DNA of 64,000 nucleotides from Eledone cirrhosa (GCA_964016885.1 OZ024741.1:375348001-375412000); one strand, 5' to 3'; counted from the stretch's first letter, positions 27,380 to 40,290 are shown. Numbers and translations are program-made. Notes: a model not told the origin generated them from the sequence alone.

Positions 27380-27845
27380 GGAGGTGAGTTTTATTGTAGT
27401 ACAATAAAGCAATGCAGATATCGGATAAGTAGCACTCTACAGTTTGTAGGACTGGGGTATAAATAATATATATATACGCACACACACACACAAAATCATT
27501 ATATTTCGAAAAAAATCCAATATTTATATTTTTATTGGCGTTTTCTGAAAATAGACTTATTCCAATTCTTATAATCAAGACTCATATTTTTTCCATTTTG
27601 TAGTGAAATTGTTGGTCCATCTTTTCCTCTATGAAGTTTGATTGGTTAACATACTAATAGTAAGAACAATATGAACAGAGTGGTAGATTTAATCCGTCAC
27701 CCGTTTGAACTCCTTGAACTCCACTACCTGGCGTTTGGATGCATTTAGCGGAACCTACTCTGTTTCAAGCATTGAGACCAGGTCTTCAATTGGGGGAGAC
27801 CCGTCTTTCTCCTTCACACAAGTCTCTCTGTGCCACATACATGCA

Positions 27846-28216
27846 ATACATCAGTAGGATAACACTAACCTGTCTCACGATGGTCTAAACCCAACTAAAA
27901 TTCCCTGTTAGTGGGTGAACAATCCAAAGCTTTGCGAATACTGCTTCACAGTGATAAGAAGAGCCAACATCGAAGGTTAAAAAAACAACGTCGCTGCGAA
28001 TGCTTGGCCGCCACAAGCCAGTTATCTCTGTGGTAACTTTTCTGACATCTTTCGGTGGACGCATAGCTCACCGCTATTTGAAGGACGATGAGTCATGCTT
28101 TCGCGGTCCGTATTCGTATTGAAAATCGAGATCGAGCGAGCTTTTGCCCTTTTGCTCAATGTGTGGTTTCCATCCACGCTGAGCCCGCTTTGGGATACGT
28201 ACGTTACTCTTTGACT
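27846..28216 (-). pseudogene. 28S rRNA pseudogene fragment (3' domain V region)
   Basis: Plus strand is a degenerate antisense of conserved LSU sequence: CTAACCTGTCTCACGA..GTGGGTGAACAATCC..GCTTGGCCGCCACAAGCCAGTTATC..GTGGTAACTTTTCTGAC..GCGAGCTTTTGCCCTT. Confidence 0.92.
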
Positions 28217-28465
28217 GACTGTGGTCCTGAAAAATGTCATGAGCACTACGTTTCCCTCAATGACTAAACAGATATTGAATTGTGAACATAAAATATTTAA
28301 TAGTGCTGACCAATTCAATATTGTTGTACTTGTTTTAATAGATGTTTAATGAGTTTTTCAACAACATTGTTGTAGACTTTTAACACACTTTCTTAATTTA
28401 TATATTCTACAATGCTTCAAGCAAACTACAATACTCTTCTATTTCCTATTATATTAAGATTATAT

Positions 28466-28620
28466 CCAGTACAACCTGCTTCATGGTCGCGAGGTCGGTG
28501 ACTAAAGCGGTTCTCCAACCAGATCTTGGTCTGTAAATAAAATAAGTGGAACTCCAGCAGTACAAAAACAAGGGCTGTTAAAAGGGCAGATGAACTCCTC
28601 AGAGTCAACGGCCATCCACC
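28466..28620 (+). mobile_element. old 5' fragment of the RTE-tailed non-coding retroelement family
   Basis: CCAGTACAACCTGCTTCATGGTC..GGTGACTAAA..AGAGTCAACGGCCATCCA. Confidence 0.6.
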
Positions 28621-29114
28621 ACAACTATGGGTTAAATAACCTCGCTAACCCACGTTTAGCCAAACGTGGTGAATACGGCTACACTCCTGACGTGACCAAA
28701 ACTAAACAGAAAGCGGTGGAATCAGGGAGGGGTTGTATTGGCTACATTTAGACTTTCAGTTTGCATACTCTTTTACTCTTTTACCTGTTTCAGCCATCCG
28801 GCTGAGGCCATGCTGGGGCACCGCCCTTCATAGTTCACATTAAACAAAATATTTTTTACGACGCAGCTACATTTCGTGGCAAGCATTGATTTAAACATTT
28901 CAATTTGCCATCTGCGACATTATGTCTAAATCCCTGCAAATTATTCACCGATGTTGACAATTTAATCGTGAAAATTAATACGAAATTCTTAATTATTTAA
29001 TCCTAATTAATTCTGTTTTTCCTGCAGTTGATGTATGTTTGGTTTTGATTTATTGATTTTGAACTGGAAATGAATTTCAATGTTTTAATAAAACATAAAC
29101 AGCTCCCACTCTCT

Positions 29115-29219
<105 letters not shown>

Positions 29220-29405
29220 CTCTCTCATACGCACACACATACACTGTCATTTTCGGTTGAACTAATAAGAGAGCTACTGAATGTTTTATATTTCTCTATG
29301 GATTCTGTATTTGTCACCAAAAGTCTAACAACGTGTGTCCGATTCTGGTATCACAGCATCTTTGTTCTTGCCTATCCGTTATTTTATCCCATTATTTTAA
29401 CTCAG

Positions 29406-29733
29406 GAGGGCGGTGGATTGGCAGTATCAGTAGAGGGTCGGATGCCATGCTTTGCAACAAATAGTTACGGCCCTTTATGATCTGAGGTCAAATCCCGCTG
29501 AGGTTAACTTTGCTTTTCATCCTTACGGGGTCGATAAAATAAAGTACCAGTAATACACTGGGATAATTGCTGGCCTTATGCCAAAAGTAGAAACAATTAT
29601 TTTAACCCAGGTGAGGGCGGTGGATAGGTACAATTGGTAGAAGGTCGGACAAAAGATTTTGCAGTATTTAGTTACGACTTTCTACGTTCTGAGTTCAAAT
29701 CCCACTGAGGTAATCTTTGCCTTCCATCCTTCC
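29406..29733 (+). mobile_element. two group A SINEs head-to-tail
   Basis: Full copy at 29406-29601, followed by a 5' half at 29613-29733. Confidence 0.8.
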
Positions 29734-29776
29734 ATATATATTGGAAAATGTGTGAGATCCTTGGTACAGTTAGGTG

Positions 29777-30093
29777 TATTTGAAAAAAAGGAAAAGAATG
29801 ACTTCACTTGTAGTTCTAAACAAATTGATTTAATTTTATAATATTTTAATATTATAGTTGGTAGATCTAGTAAATTCTTTGTTAACTTCGGTGGGAAGAT
29901 TCTCAGTTTGACAATCGCCACCCACGAATGCGAGAAAGTTCTCCAGGAAAGTTAACCAGGAATCTTTAAAAATCTTCCCACCGAAGTTAACAAAGAGCTT
30001 ACTAGATCTACCAACTCATAATATTATAATATTATAAAATCAAATCAAATTGTTTAGAACAAGTGAAGTCATTTTTTTCCTTTTTTTCAAATA
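29777..30093. repeat. inverted repeat, ~125-bp arms, ~70-bp spacer
   Basis: TTTGAAAAAAAGGAAAAGAATGACTTCACTTG..GTTAACTTCGGTGGGAAGATT is mirrored at 29971-30093. Confidence 0.9.
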
Positions 30094-30208
<115 letters not shown>

Positions 30209-30279
30209 CCCGGGTTCAATCGAGGCTAACCACAATAAGTAAGGTAATCAATACATAACAGAGTATAAATATTTAATAT

Positions 30280-30474
30280 AGAAATGGCTTCTGCAGGACT
30301 AGAACTGTTTCATTCGAAGGAAATCATCAGGAAAGCCGACTGTCGATGTAATATGGTGGTATTTATACATTTTCTGTAGGTAGATGTATAAATACCACCA
30401 TATCACATTACCAGTCGGCTCTCCTGATGATTTCCTTCGAATGATACAGTTCTAGTCGTGTAGAAGCCATTTCT
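30280..30474. repeat. inverted repeat, ~92-bp arms (fold-back of a microsatellite-flanked element)
   Basis: AGAAATGGCTTCT..GGTATTTATACAT / ATGTATAAATACC..AGAAGCCATTTCT. Contains CTGATGA..GAAAC. Confidence 0.85.
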
Positions 30475-30516
30475 CTCTCTCTCTCTCTCGCTCTCTCTCT
30501 CTATATATATATACCA

Positions 30517-30734
30517 TCAGTAACTAAGCATTATACACCATTGCACCAATGCTAATATTTCGGTCTGGCTACCGATGTGGGATTCTACGTTTGGTATTTC
30601 ACCGTAGTCGGTATCCCTCTGAATCTGAATTGGCAACGCCTTAAGGATATACAACGGTGTGGCAGAGGTTCCAGCCTCGGGCCCGATCACTACTGATCGT
30701 ATCTTGAATTGATCGATCACGGAACACGCGTCAC
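30517..30734 (-). CDS. candidate exon 2 of a minus-strand secreted-protein gene
   Basis: Acceptor TTTGTTCACAG|GT in phase 1 joins in frame to candidate exon 48538-48622. Unique-looking open frame GDACSVIDQFKIRSVVIGPEAGTSATPLYILKA. The 3' boundary is uncertain. Confidence 0.3.
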
Positions 30735-31197
30735 CTGTGAACAAATGTAATTATGCTATATTGAATCTTCGCCCCTTGCTCTTTATTTATTGTGAACGGT
30801 GTATTGACAGTATCGGTGGAGCGTCGGACAACATATTTCATGGCATAGTGTTACGTCCTTTTACCTTCTGAGTTCAAATTCCACCAAGGATAGCTTTGCT
30901 TTTCATCATTACGAGGTCGATAAAATAAAGTACCAGCGTGACTCTTCTTCTTCTTCTTCTTCTTCTTCTTCTTCTTCTTCTTCTTCTTCTTCTTCTTCTT
31001 CTTCTTCTCCCCCTCCTCCTCCTCCTTACTCGATGGGACTGGGGTCATCCTAGGTCACCAATCCCAGAGGCGTTATTCTGTGTAGAGTCGAGGAGTCGTT
31101 ACAGGTTCGGATTTCTTCTGGGTGGGTTGTTGGCCCTCCACAAAACAATTGAATGATAGGGCTGCCATTTTGTTAGCCTTATATCTAAATATGAAGC

Positions 31198-31409
31198 GTG
31201 AATTGGCAGTATCGGTAGAGTGTCGGACGTCATGCTTTGCAGCATAGAGTTACATCCCTTTGCGGACTGAGTTCAATTCCCACCCAGGTTAACTTTGCCT
31301 TTCATCCTTGCAGGGTCGATAAAATAAAGCACCAGTAACGTATTGGGGTCGATTTAATCGACTCCCCCCCCCCCATTACTGGCCCTGTGCCTATACTACA
31401 AATCATTAT
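31198..31409 (+). mobile_element. tRNA-derived SINE, group A
   Basis: Full-length match. Another partial copy lies at 30801-30937. Confidence 0.85.
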
Positions 31410-32102
31410 ATATGTATATATAATATAACACATAGCCGCTCACATATATGTACGCACCAAACCAGCATTAATAAAAACATCAAATTAGCCAGTTTAAGTC
31501 TACCTCATTGAAATGAAATGTCGGGGCTACAGATGTTTTAGAAGACTCAATAATGAGACAAATTAATTAGCAAAACAATTAATTGCAGCCAAACTTGTAG
31601 TTGTTGTTATTGCTATTGTTACTATTCTTCTTCTTCTTCTTCTTCTTCTTCTTCTTCTTCTTCTTCTTCTTCTTCTTCTTCTTCTTCTTCTTTTCTTTTC
31701 TTTATTGGCTGGTGCAACTTATAATAGTATTTGTTTTTTCCTTTATTTTGTTTTACCTTTTTCTATAAACTTTTTCCTATAAATTATTCAGAGCTGTTGC
31801 TGCTACTGCTACTACTACTGCTACTACTGTTGTTGCTGCTGGTGCTATACAGGTAGATATGATAAACCAAATCCGAAGAAAGACCACTCACCTAATTGAC
31901 ATGAAGCCATTCACCAACATACAACTTCAGTCATACTGTCTCCTCTCTATTCTCTACCACTACAACTGTGGCCTTTGTTCTTCGGGATCAGTTGATCTTG
32001 AACCACTTCCGATTCACTCGTTTCTCCTCCTCCCGTTACCCATAATATGTCCACCCGCAAACCCCACACTAACCAAAGCCTCCAGTTGTTCCTACTTAGC
32101 AC

Positions 32103-32154
<52 letters not shown>

Positions 32155-32211
32155 ACATGTTTTCCAATTCCAACCCGCCCGCCCCCTGAATCTATCTTAT
32201 TTCTCATTCTT

Positions 32212-32248
32212 TCTTCTGATGAAGGACTAACGGTCCGAAACGTTAAGA
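32212..32248 (+). ncRNA. minimal type I hammerhead ribozyme in a Penelope-type repeat (32150-32330)
   Basis: TCTT-CTGATGA-A-GGAC-TAACG-GTCC-GAAAC-GTT-AAGA; palindromic ACGT stem III. Confidence 0.85.
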
Positions 32249-32334
32249 CCCTCTTCCTGCTATATTAAGCGTTAACCTAATATATCCCTTCCATATACTG
32301 ATTGTGTTGTTATTTCTGTTTACCTTTTACATAC

Positions 32335-32472
<138 letters not shown>

Positions 32473-32562
32473 ATATACATCAGTCCGGAACTAGCTGTTG
32501 AAACGGCAAGAGCTCAGCTGTCATATCCCGACTATTTATAATATAAATGCATACATACATAT

Positions 32563-33080
32563 ATGATGGCTGCCCCCTCGTTATCGAGTATGGCCATTGC
32601 ACGATATACCATTATTAATAATAATTAATTAATTCTATCGTGCAATGTCTGTGCGTGAAGGTCTTTTTTTAAGTGAGGAAAGACGGTGCACTGAGCCAAT
32701 CCCACTCTCTGAGCGACAGTAGCTATAACCCGAAAAGAAGAACAGATCAACATCATCGGTAACTACTGAGCCGCAGGTTTTATATCGAAGTTATCCCAGT
32801 TTCCTGAGTTGCCTTCTCCTAGAAAAATGCTCTGACAGAGGCTAGGGGTCCTTCACTCCCAGTGATTTAACCGCGTGATCGGGTTTCCAGCCCGACTATT
32901 TCTATGTCCTCGCGCATATACATACACATGCACCCATGTATATATACACATACATATACATACATATGTACATGTGTATATACATATTTACACACAATTT
33001 GATGACCGTTGACTCTTATGAGTTCTTCTGCCCTTTGTCAGGTTATGTTTTTGTCCTGCAGGGTGTCCAAAATCACCATA
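32563..33080 (-). mobile_element. diverged RTE-tailed non-coding retroelement fragments
   Basis: Minus strand has CTAGGAGAAGGCAACTC and 3' end GCCATACTC-GATAAC-GAGGGGGC-AGCCATCAT. The piece at 32998-33078 matches the element's 5' third. Same subfamily at 50696-50868. Confidence 0.7.
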
Positions 33081-33081
33081 C

Positions 33082-33169
<88 letters not shown>

Positions 33170-33253
33170 TTAAACAGAAACAAATAACAAAGCAAATGAT
33201 ACAATACACTGAATAAATATATTAGTTTAACGCTTGAAATAATGGGTAAGGAG

Positions 33254-33289
33254 TCTTAACGTTTCGGACGCAAGTCCTTCACCAGAAGA
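33254..33289 (-). ncRNA. minimal type I hammerhead motif (A6G core)
   Basis: Minus strand TCTT-CTGGTGA-A-GGAC-TTGC-GTCC-GAAAC-GTT-AAGA, within repeat 33165-33375. Confidence 0.65.
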
Positions 33290-33398
33290 TAGATTGAGAA
33301 ATAAAATATGAAATAGAAAGATAGAGTGAGAAAAAAAAGGAACGGATAAAACACACGTGCGTATTCAGTAAGCCATATATATATATATATATATATAC

Positions 33399-33588
33399 GA
33401 AAAAGTATGACCCCGACGGCAGAGCTCTAGCCGTTTTGACGGCTATTTCTGGAGTCCAGAAATAGCTGTCGAAACGACTTGAGCTCTGCCGTCGGGGTCA
33501 TACTTTTCCTATTACCCACTCTACTACCCTAAGTATTGAGTACTCTGGTGCGTTATGGTCCATCTGGTTCCTTACCACAATTCCTTCG

Positions 33589-33591
<3 letters not shown>
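33399..33591 (+). mobile_element. Penelope-type terminal-repeat fragment with 5' fold-back, in (TA)n
   Basis: Palindrome at 33399-33507; body identical in outline to 47862-47997 and 55791-55893. Confidence 0.75.
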
Positions 33592-33638
<47 letters not shown>

Positions 33639-33689
33639 CTGTTCCAGACTATAAACTGTGGACATGCTGGGGCACCGGCATTGTTGCGA

Positions 33690-34125
33690 AGTTTTCTTTA
33701 ACTGATCTTCCTTGGTTGGCTACGGATACATGAGGGAATTTGACACTGCTGCCTCTATTTGTGCTTCCTAGCGAGCTGTGGACAAAATGTCAAGATGCTT
33801 CAGGAAAATATCTACATCCACCCCATGTAGATCGCTCGAATGTTTTAGCACCATATTAAAGAGCTGGGGGCCTTTGAACCTCAAACTATTGTAGCATCTG
33901 GTGCTTATTCTAGACGTGGAGGATAGGATCTTTGGCAATATGCATTGACGTCCTGTTCGGGTGTTGGTCTGGTTCTCAATATCAAAGTTTGGTGCCAGCT
34001 CTTCTCCGATCTCCTATATGTATATCACAATCTATATCTCCCGCCTTCGTCCCAGGGAGCAAAGTCTTAATTGTTTTCAGCCTCTCTCTGTAGCTCATCA
34101 CTTTCACTCTGTAGATCATCACTTT
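33690..34125 (-). mobile_element. old CR1-like LINE 3' fragment
   Basis: Minus strand gives degenerate MSYRERLK.. and LRFKGPQLFNMV..DLHGVDVDIFLKHLD. Confidence 0.6.
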
Positions 34126-34255
34126 CACTGAAGTAATCTTGTTAGTGTAGCATTATTGGCTTGCCTGAGGTATACATACATACTCACACATATTGCGAAC
34201 ATACATGCATACATACATACATTTATATGTACACACACATACACACACACACACA

Positions 34256-34311
<56 letters not shown>

Positions 34312-34368
34312 TAACCTATACATATATATATACATATATATATATGCATTATGTATTATATGTATGCA

Positions 34369-34458
<90 letters not shown>

Positions 34459-34723
34459 TGTGTGTGTGTGTGTGTGCTTTTGAGATACATACATCATATA
34501 TATACATTCCATTCATAAACATCTTCGTGTTATGTATTCTGCTTATACTAGGGGGCTTTTCCACTTCTATATTTAACATTTTTCAATCATGTTCCACTTC
34601 ACCTCCAGTACAAGCTGTGAAAAAGTTCGTATCTCAACACGACCGTACATAAGTCTATTTATACACTGTCTTTATTGCATATAATCAGAAATATACTCAC
34701 ACACACAGATACACACACATCTA

Positions 34724-34775
<52 letters not shown>

Positions 34776-35229
34776 CACACACACACATACACACATACAC
34801 ACACATATATATATATTGTGACTTACGCATGTGCGTTTACTAACTTCTGCGTCACTCGCAAAATTGGTTACAGAGCAAAATTACTTGTTGATAACGTGAT
34901 ATTCCTTGTTCGATCTTTATGCTGAAAGCTTATAGTTTTAAGCAGACAGTATTATTGATTTAGGTGTCATAGAAACTCTACATTTGGATTTTACCACCAA
35001 TTCCATTTGGGTCCAGGTCGGTTTTTATCATTTATTTTGTTTGACCTGTTTAGCTTAATTTGTTTTTGGCTTAGGTGGTCAGTGTCTTCTTAACCACTTT
35101 TTCAGTTTGTATGGCATTTTAACTTATTGTTTAGCTCTAGTCTTTTCAAACTATTAAGCGCTTGCCAGCATTTATACGATTTTGCGTTTCGTTTCGCTTT
35201 TTCTACCAGCCGAAATACGATTCGCGCTG

Positions 35230-35321
<92 letters not shown>

Positions 35322-35459
35322 GTGAGGTTTTTTTTTACAAATTGAAAAATAACAGAGGTGTCCTACACGAGTGAAAGTATAAAGAAAAAGAGATGAAATC
35401 GAAAATGCAACTGGAATCTTATTTTAAAAAAAATACATATATATATATTTCTTTGGTTC

Positions 35460-35495
35460 CTTTACCGGTTTCGCAGTTCTTCTGCTTTTCAAAAG
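35460..35495 (-). ncRNA. minimal type I hammerhead, U3:A8 core variant
   Basis: Minus strand CTT-TTGAAAA-GCAG-AAGAA-CTGC-GAAA-CCGG-TA-AAG. Confidence 0.7.
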
Positions 35496-35560
35496 TAGAG
35501 TTGAGATGGAGGGCCTGTGTTTTTTCTCACATCGATGTGAGAAAAACCATCTCAACTCTA

Positions 35561-35596
35561 CTTTTGAAAAGCAGAAGAACTGCGAAACCGGTAAAG
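35561..35596 (+). ncRNA. minimal type I hammerhead, U3:A8 core variant (inverted copy)
   Basis: CTT-TTGAAAA-GCAG-AAGAA-CTGC-GAAA-CCGG-TA-AAG. Confidence 0.7.
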
Positions 35597-35663
35597 GAAC
35601 CAAATAAATATATATATTTAAAAAAAAAAAAATAAGACTCCAGTTGCATTTTCGATTTCATCT

Positions 35664-35773
<110 letters not shown>

Positions 35774-35839
35774 CAAAGCAAACCATACAATACATTGAAG
35801 AAATATATTAGTTTAACACTTGAAATAATAGGGAAGGAG

Positions 35840-35875
35840 TCTTAACGTTTCGGACACTAGTCCTTCACCAGAAGA
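35840..35875 (-). ncRNA. minimal type I hammerhead motif (A6G core)
   Basis: Minus strand TCTT-CTGGTGA-A-GGAC-TAGT-GTCC-GAAAC-GTT-AAGA, within repeat 35771-35910. Confidence 0.65.
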
Positions 35876-35929
35876 TAGAGTGAGAAATACAAGATGAAAT
35901 AGAAAGATAAAAATATATATATATATATA

Positions 35930-36158
35930 CTAGCAGAATGGCCCGGCGTTGCTCGGGATTTGCTCTAGGGTTCTTATATATTTGATATATATTTATCCTT
36001 ATCGAGCCTCGTGAAATAAATATGTTTGTTTATATTTTGTTATTGTGTATGCAAAAATATCTGTACACGAATATATAATTATATATATATATATATATAT
36101 GGTACAGTGAACTTTTTAAAATTTATTTAAACATTTTTCTTATTTGCTAAACCTTGAT

Positions 36159-36191
<33 letters not shown>

Positions 36192-36465
36192 CAGATTACA
36201 ATTTTACGCAAAGTATCGCTGCTTTCACCCTTAAATCTGGATCTTCTGAAACTAAAATTAAAAAAATCAATCTGTGAATGCAGAAAATGAATCGCTGCTT
36301 TCACCCTTAACGGGATCTTCTGAAACTAAAATAAAAAAAATCAATCTGTGAACGCAGATGTAAATATTTCGAAAAACGTTGCAACCGAAGGAAAACAGGA
36401 AGACGATACTTTGGTTCGTGAAGATGTTCCCTAGCATAAGAATATATATACACACACACTATATA

Positions 36466-36500
<35 letters not shown>

Positions 36501-36783
36501 TGATCGCGTCATAATGACGTAATGCAGACAGTTATTATAAGGGCGCAACGTAATATCTATGTATCCATCTAAAAAGAGAAAGACTAAGAGAGAGAGACAG
36601 AGATTGCTAAATCGCCTAATGCGGTCTGTAGGGCATTGAAAATTTGAATTTTTTTTGCTCAGAACACTCAATAGGACCATAAGTGTAACGTTTGAAAACA
36701 ATCGGTTGGGTGGTTCTCGAGTTTTAGTGATTGTACTGACAGACAGACAGACAAACAGACATTCTCTGTTTTAGTAATATAGA
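35930..36783 (-). mobile_element. non-autonomous Helitron (Lep1-like architecture)
   Basis: Minus strand starts A|TCTATATTACTAAAAC, has (CTGT)n near the 5' end, and ends with GC hairpin CCCGAGCAACGCCGGG then CTAG|T. Internal ~77-bp tandem duplication at 36217-36357. Confidence 0.8.
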
Positions 36784-37021
36784 TAGATAGATATATATAC
36801 ATATACATGTGTTTTTGTGTACATATATATATTGCATGTATACGTGCATATAATACACAACCAATAATCTAATATATATATTTATATTACATACATACAC
36901 ACACAAGCACACACATATACATAAATACACACACACACACACATATATATATTTGCTTACATAAACGCACGCATACACACACCCATACACAACACACACA
37001 TACAAACACACACACACACAC

Positions 37022-37061
<40 letters not shown>

Positions 37062-38635
37062 CATATATATTTACAACACGTCAAAACTACAACATTCCAC
37101 TATCAGATGAGTGTCAGATCATTTAAAGGTCAGGCAGAGCAAGTAAGTCACTTTAAAATAATTATACAGAAGAAAAAAAACGTATAGTCAAGTAATAAAA
37201 GGCATTTGCTATTGCAGAAAGACAAGCGAGTAAATTGTGGTCTGGTCACACAGTTGACCCTCTGGCTCACGTCAGCTATGTTGCATATCTTTCAGTTTAA
37301 TCTATGGCAGATGACACTATTAGGGCAGATTCACTACAGACACAGATGTTGAAACTAACGTACGGAGAACATTCGCTTTTGTTCTAGCGGGTGTCACTGG
37401 TTATCATCCGGGGGAATACTTTTGCCGTCTTGTCCGCGAAGCGCAGCACTTCTACCCTCTGGCCCTATGCACAAAGCCTAATCACTCCTCCTTCACCCCA
37501 TTCTTCGATTTAATTGACTACTCCTCAAAACAATTGTTGGCCTTGTGCCTAAATCAGAAACCATTACTTAGAAATTATAATTTGTCCCGGCTTTTTACGT
37601 TCTGAGTTCAAATCCTACCGAGGTGTTAACTTTGTCTTTCATCCTTACGGGGTCGATAAAATAAAGTACCAGTAACGCACTGGGTTAGATTTTATCGACT
37701 TTCCCCCCTCCCTCAAATTTGCTGGCTTTGTGCCTAAATCAAAAACCAATATTACTGTTGCTGTTGTTATCATTACTGCTGCTGTTATTATTTTCCATCG
37801 CTCTCACAGCCGCCGCCGCTGTCGTTATTGTTGCTGCTGCTGCCGTTGCTGTTATTGCCGCAGGTGATGTTGTTATTGAATTTGTGGTTCTTACTGCTGC
37901 TACTGTTGCTGCTGTTATTTTTTCTAGTTGTTATTGATATAGTTGCTAATGCTGTCGACTGTTGCTATTGTCCTTATCGCAATTATTTGTTTTCAAAGAC
38001 TAACAATCGCACATTTTCATTTCAAAACAGTTTTCATGACTGAAGGCAGAAATGGTGGAGGCGGAAAATATGGAAGAGGGGAGGAGTGGAGGAGAATGGA
38101 AGGAGGAGGAGGGAGGAGTGGGGGATAAAGGGGGCAGGAGCAGAATGTAAAAGATGAGGAGTGAATAAATAGACAGTTGAAGATGGATAAAATTGGAAGA
38201 ATACACAATATTTGGAAATGTGTATATGTGTGTATTTGTGTGTGTGTGTGTGTTTGTGTGTGTGTGTTGGATCTCCGTCAGTTCCAGCCATATGTGTTGC
38301 TCTCAGTTATTCGAACAACAGAACCCATTTGTGAAATTAACGTGAAAGTGGCAGAGCATTCCAAAGGCACGGAGATCCTTATTGTAGTTCTAGGGGTATT
38401 CAGTGACACAGTGTGTGAGAAGGCTGGCCACTGGAATTAGAACTACAGCTGAGTAGACTAGAGAAACGTGAAACAATGTTTTGGTCAGGTACCGCTAGGA
38501 ATTGAACTCACAACCTTACGATCGTGAGCCCCAAACCTGAACCGCTAAGCTATGCGCTTTCACCGGAAGAAGACGATGGAAAACATAGAAGACTATGAAT
38601 GAAGTTGCTGCTGTTGATAAGCCATTAAGTAACCG

Positions 38636-38824
38636 AGGGCGATGGATTGACAGTATCGGTAGAGGGTCGGACGCCATGCTTTGACGCATAGAGTTACGGC
38701 CCTTTCCATTCTGAGTTCAAATCCCGTCGAGGTTAACTTTGCCTTTCATCCTTATGGGTCGATAAAATAAGTACCAGTAATGCACTGGGTAATTGCTGGC
38801 CTTGTGTCAAAAGTAGAAACAATT
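38636..38824 (+). mobile_element. tRNA-derived SINE, group A
   Basis: Full-length match. A truncated copy lies at 37595-37750. Confidence 0.85.
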
Positions 38825-40165
38825 AAATAACCGAGGTGACCTTTGATTAACGACAATCCAGCCCATGACCATCCAGGACCAGTCTGACGTTTTTCAGGTA
38901 TGGTTTACCCCGTTCGTCACTATCCAGTATGTTTTTATACAAGACTAGAGGGTGTCATTTGATGGAAATTCAATTGCTAATTTTTGCAAATCAAGCTATA
39001 ACATATAGACTGTTGGTTTGACAGATAAATAGAAAGTAAAGGAGACGGCAAAGGGGAGGGGGAGTTGAAGAGAGAGTGGGAGAGAGAGAGGGAGAGGGAG
39101 GGGAGTGGGAGAGAGAGTGGGAGAGAGAGGATAAGAGAGAGTAAACGAAGGGTGGCTAAAAGTGTATAGAGAAAAAATGTAGCATAAATATGAGAGAGAG
39201 AGAGAAAAAGAGAGAATGTGAAATGAAGAGAGAGAGAGAGAGGGGGGAGGGCGAGAGACAGAGGAAGAGAGAAAGAGAGTAGAGGGAAAGAGAAAAAGAA
39301 ACTGTAAAATGGAGAGTGGGAAATCAAAGAGTAAAGAAGAGAGAAAAGTGAGAGAGTAAAAAGAAAAGAGAAAACGAAAGGAAACAAGAAGGAACAAATG
39401 TAAATAAAAGTTAAGAAAAGTGTGATTGCCCTAGAGCTCTGTGTTATAAGTCATAGATGTTGCACTGTTATAAGAAACCTGATGGAGATAACGTGCTTAG
39501 TATTGCTACGATTGCACTAAATATTCCCTTTGTTCAATGACCAAACTGTTAACGTGATGGTGGAGCAGCAACCAGCAAGATCGAAAGATAAGTTTCGCTC
39601 TCGCTCTGCCAACAAACTAATTTCGAAATTTAGATACGTCAGCAATATTACTCCCTTTCTTGTGTGTTTTGTTTCATTTTATTTTTCTTCTTATTTTCTT
39701 CTTTTATTTTATTATTGTATCATTTTCTTTTCAGTAAGCAACTTTGTTCAACAAATGAGAAAATATTGCCCTTATCCTTTTGCTGTTGATTAGAAAAACT
39801 GTCGAAGATTAGAGAGGTAGATTGGGAGAGGAGTTGAACGAACCCTGCAGTCTACCTGTTTTAGTAATATCTAAAATAAATATAATCATATGAATTTAGC
39901 ATCTTTTAAAATGACAATCTTCAATTGGTATGATAATATTCAATATTGATCTACTCAGAATAGTTGCATTCAAGCAATTCAGATGTTTCAAGACAAACTT
40001 CATAAAATACTGTAAAAATAACAAAGAAAACAAAACAAACACAAAATACTAAAACCTAAAGTAAAATTTTTACTCTAACTGTATTAATTTACATAATTAC
40101 TCTAAATTAAATTACTCTAATCAGTAATTTTTTTCCAATGCACATTTCCGCCGGGTATATAATAT

Positions 40166-40290
40166 TTGTTTCTACTTTTGGCACAAGGCCAGCAATTATC
40201 CCAGTGCATTACTGGTACTTTATTTTATCGACCCCGTAAGGATGAAAGGCAAAGTTAACCTCAGCGGGATTTGAACTCAGAATGGCAAGG
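40166..40290 (-). mobile_element. group A SINE, 5'-truncated
   Basis: Reverse complement of the B-box-to-3'-end segment. Confidence 0.85.

Noticed and set aside
30300-30340. Hammerhead-like CTGATGA..GAAAC in the 30280-30474 palindrome
   Set aside because: Stem II closes with a mismatch and stems I and III do not pair cleanly. At best a decayed motif, so it was not counted.
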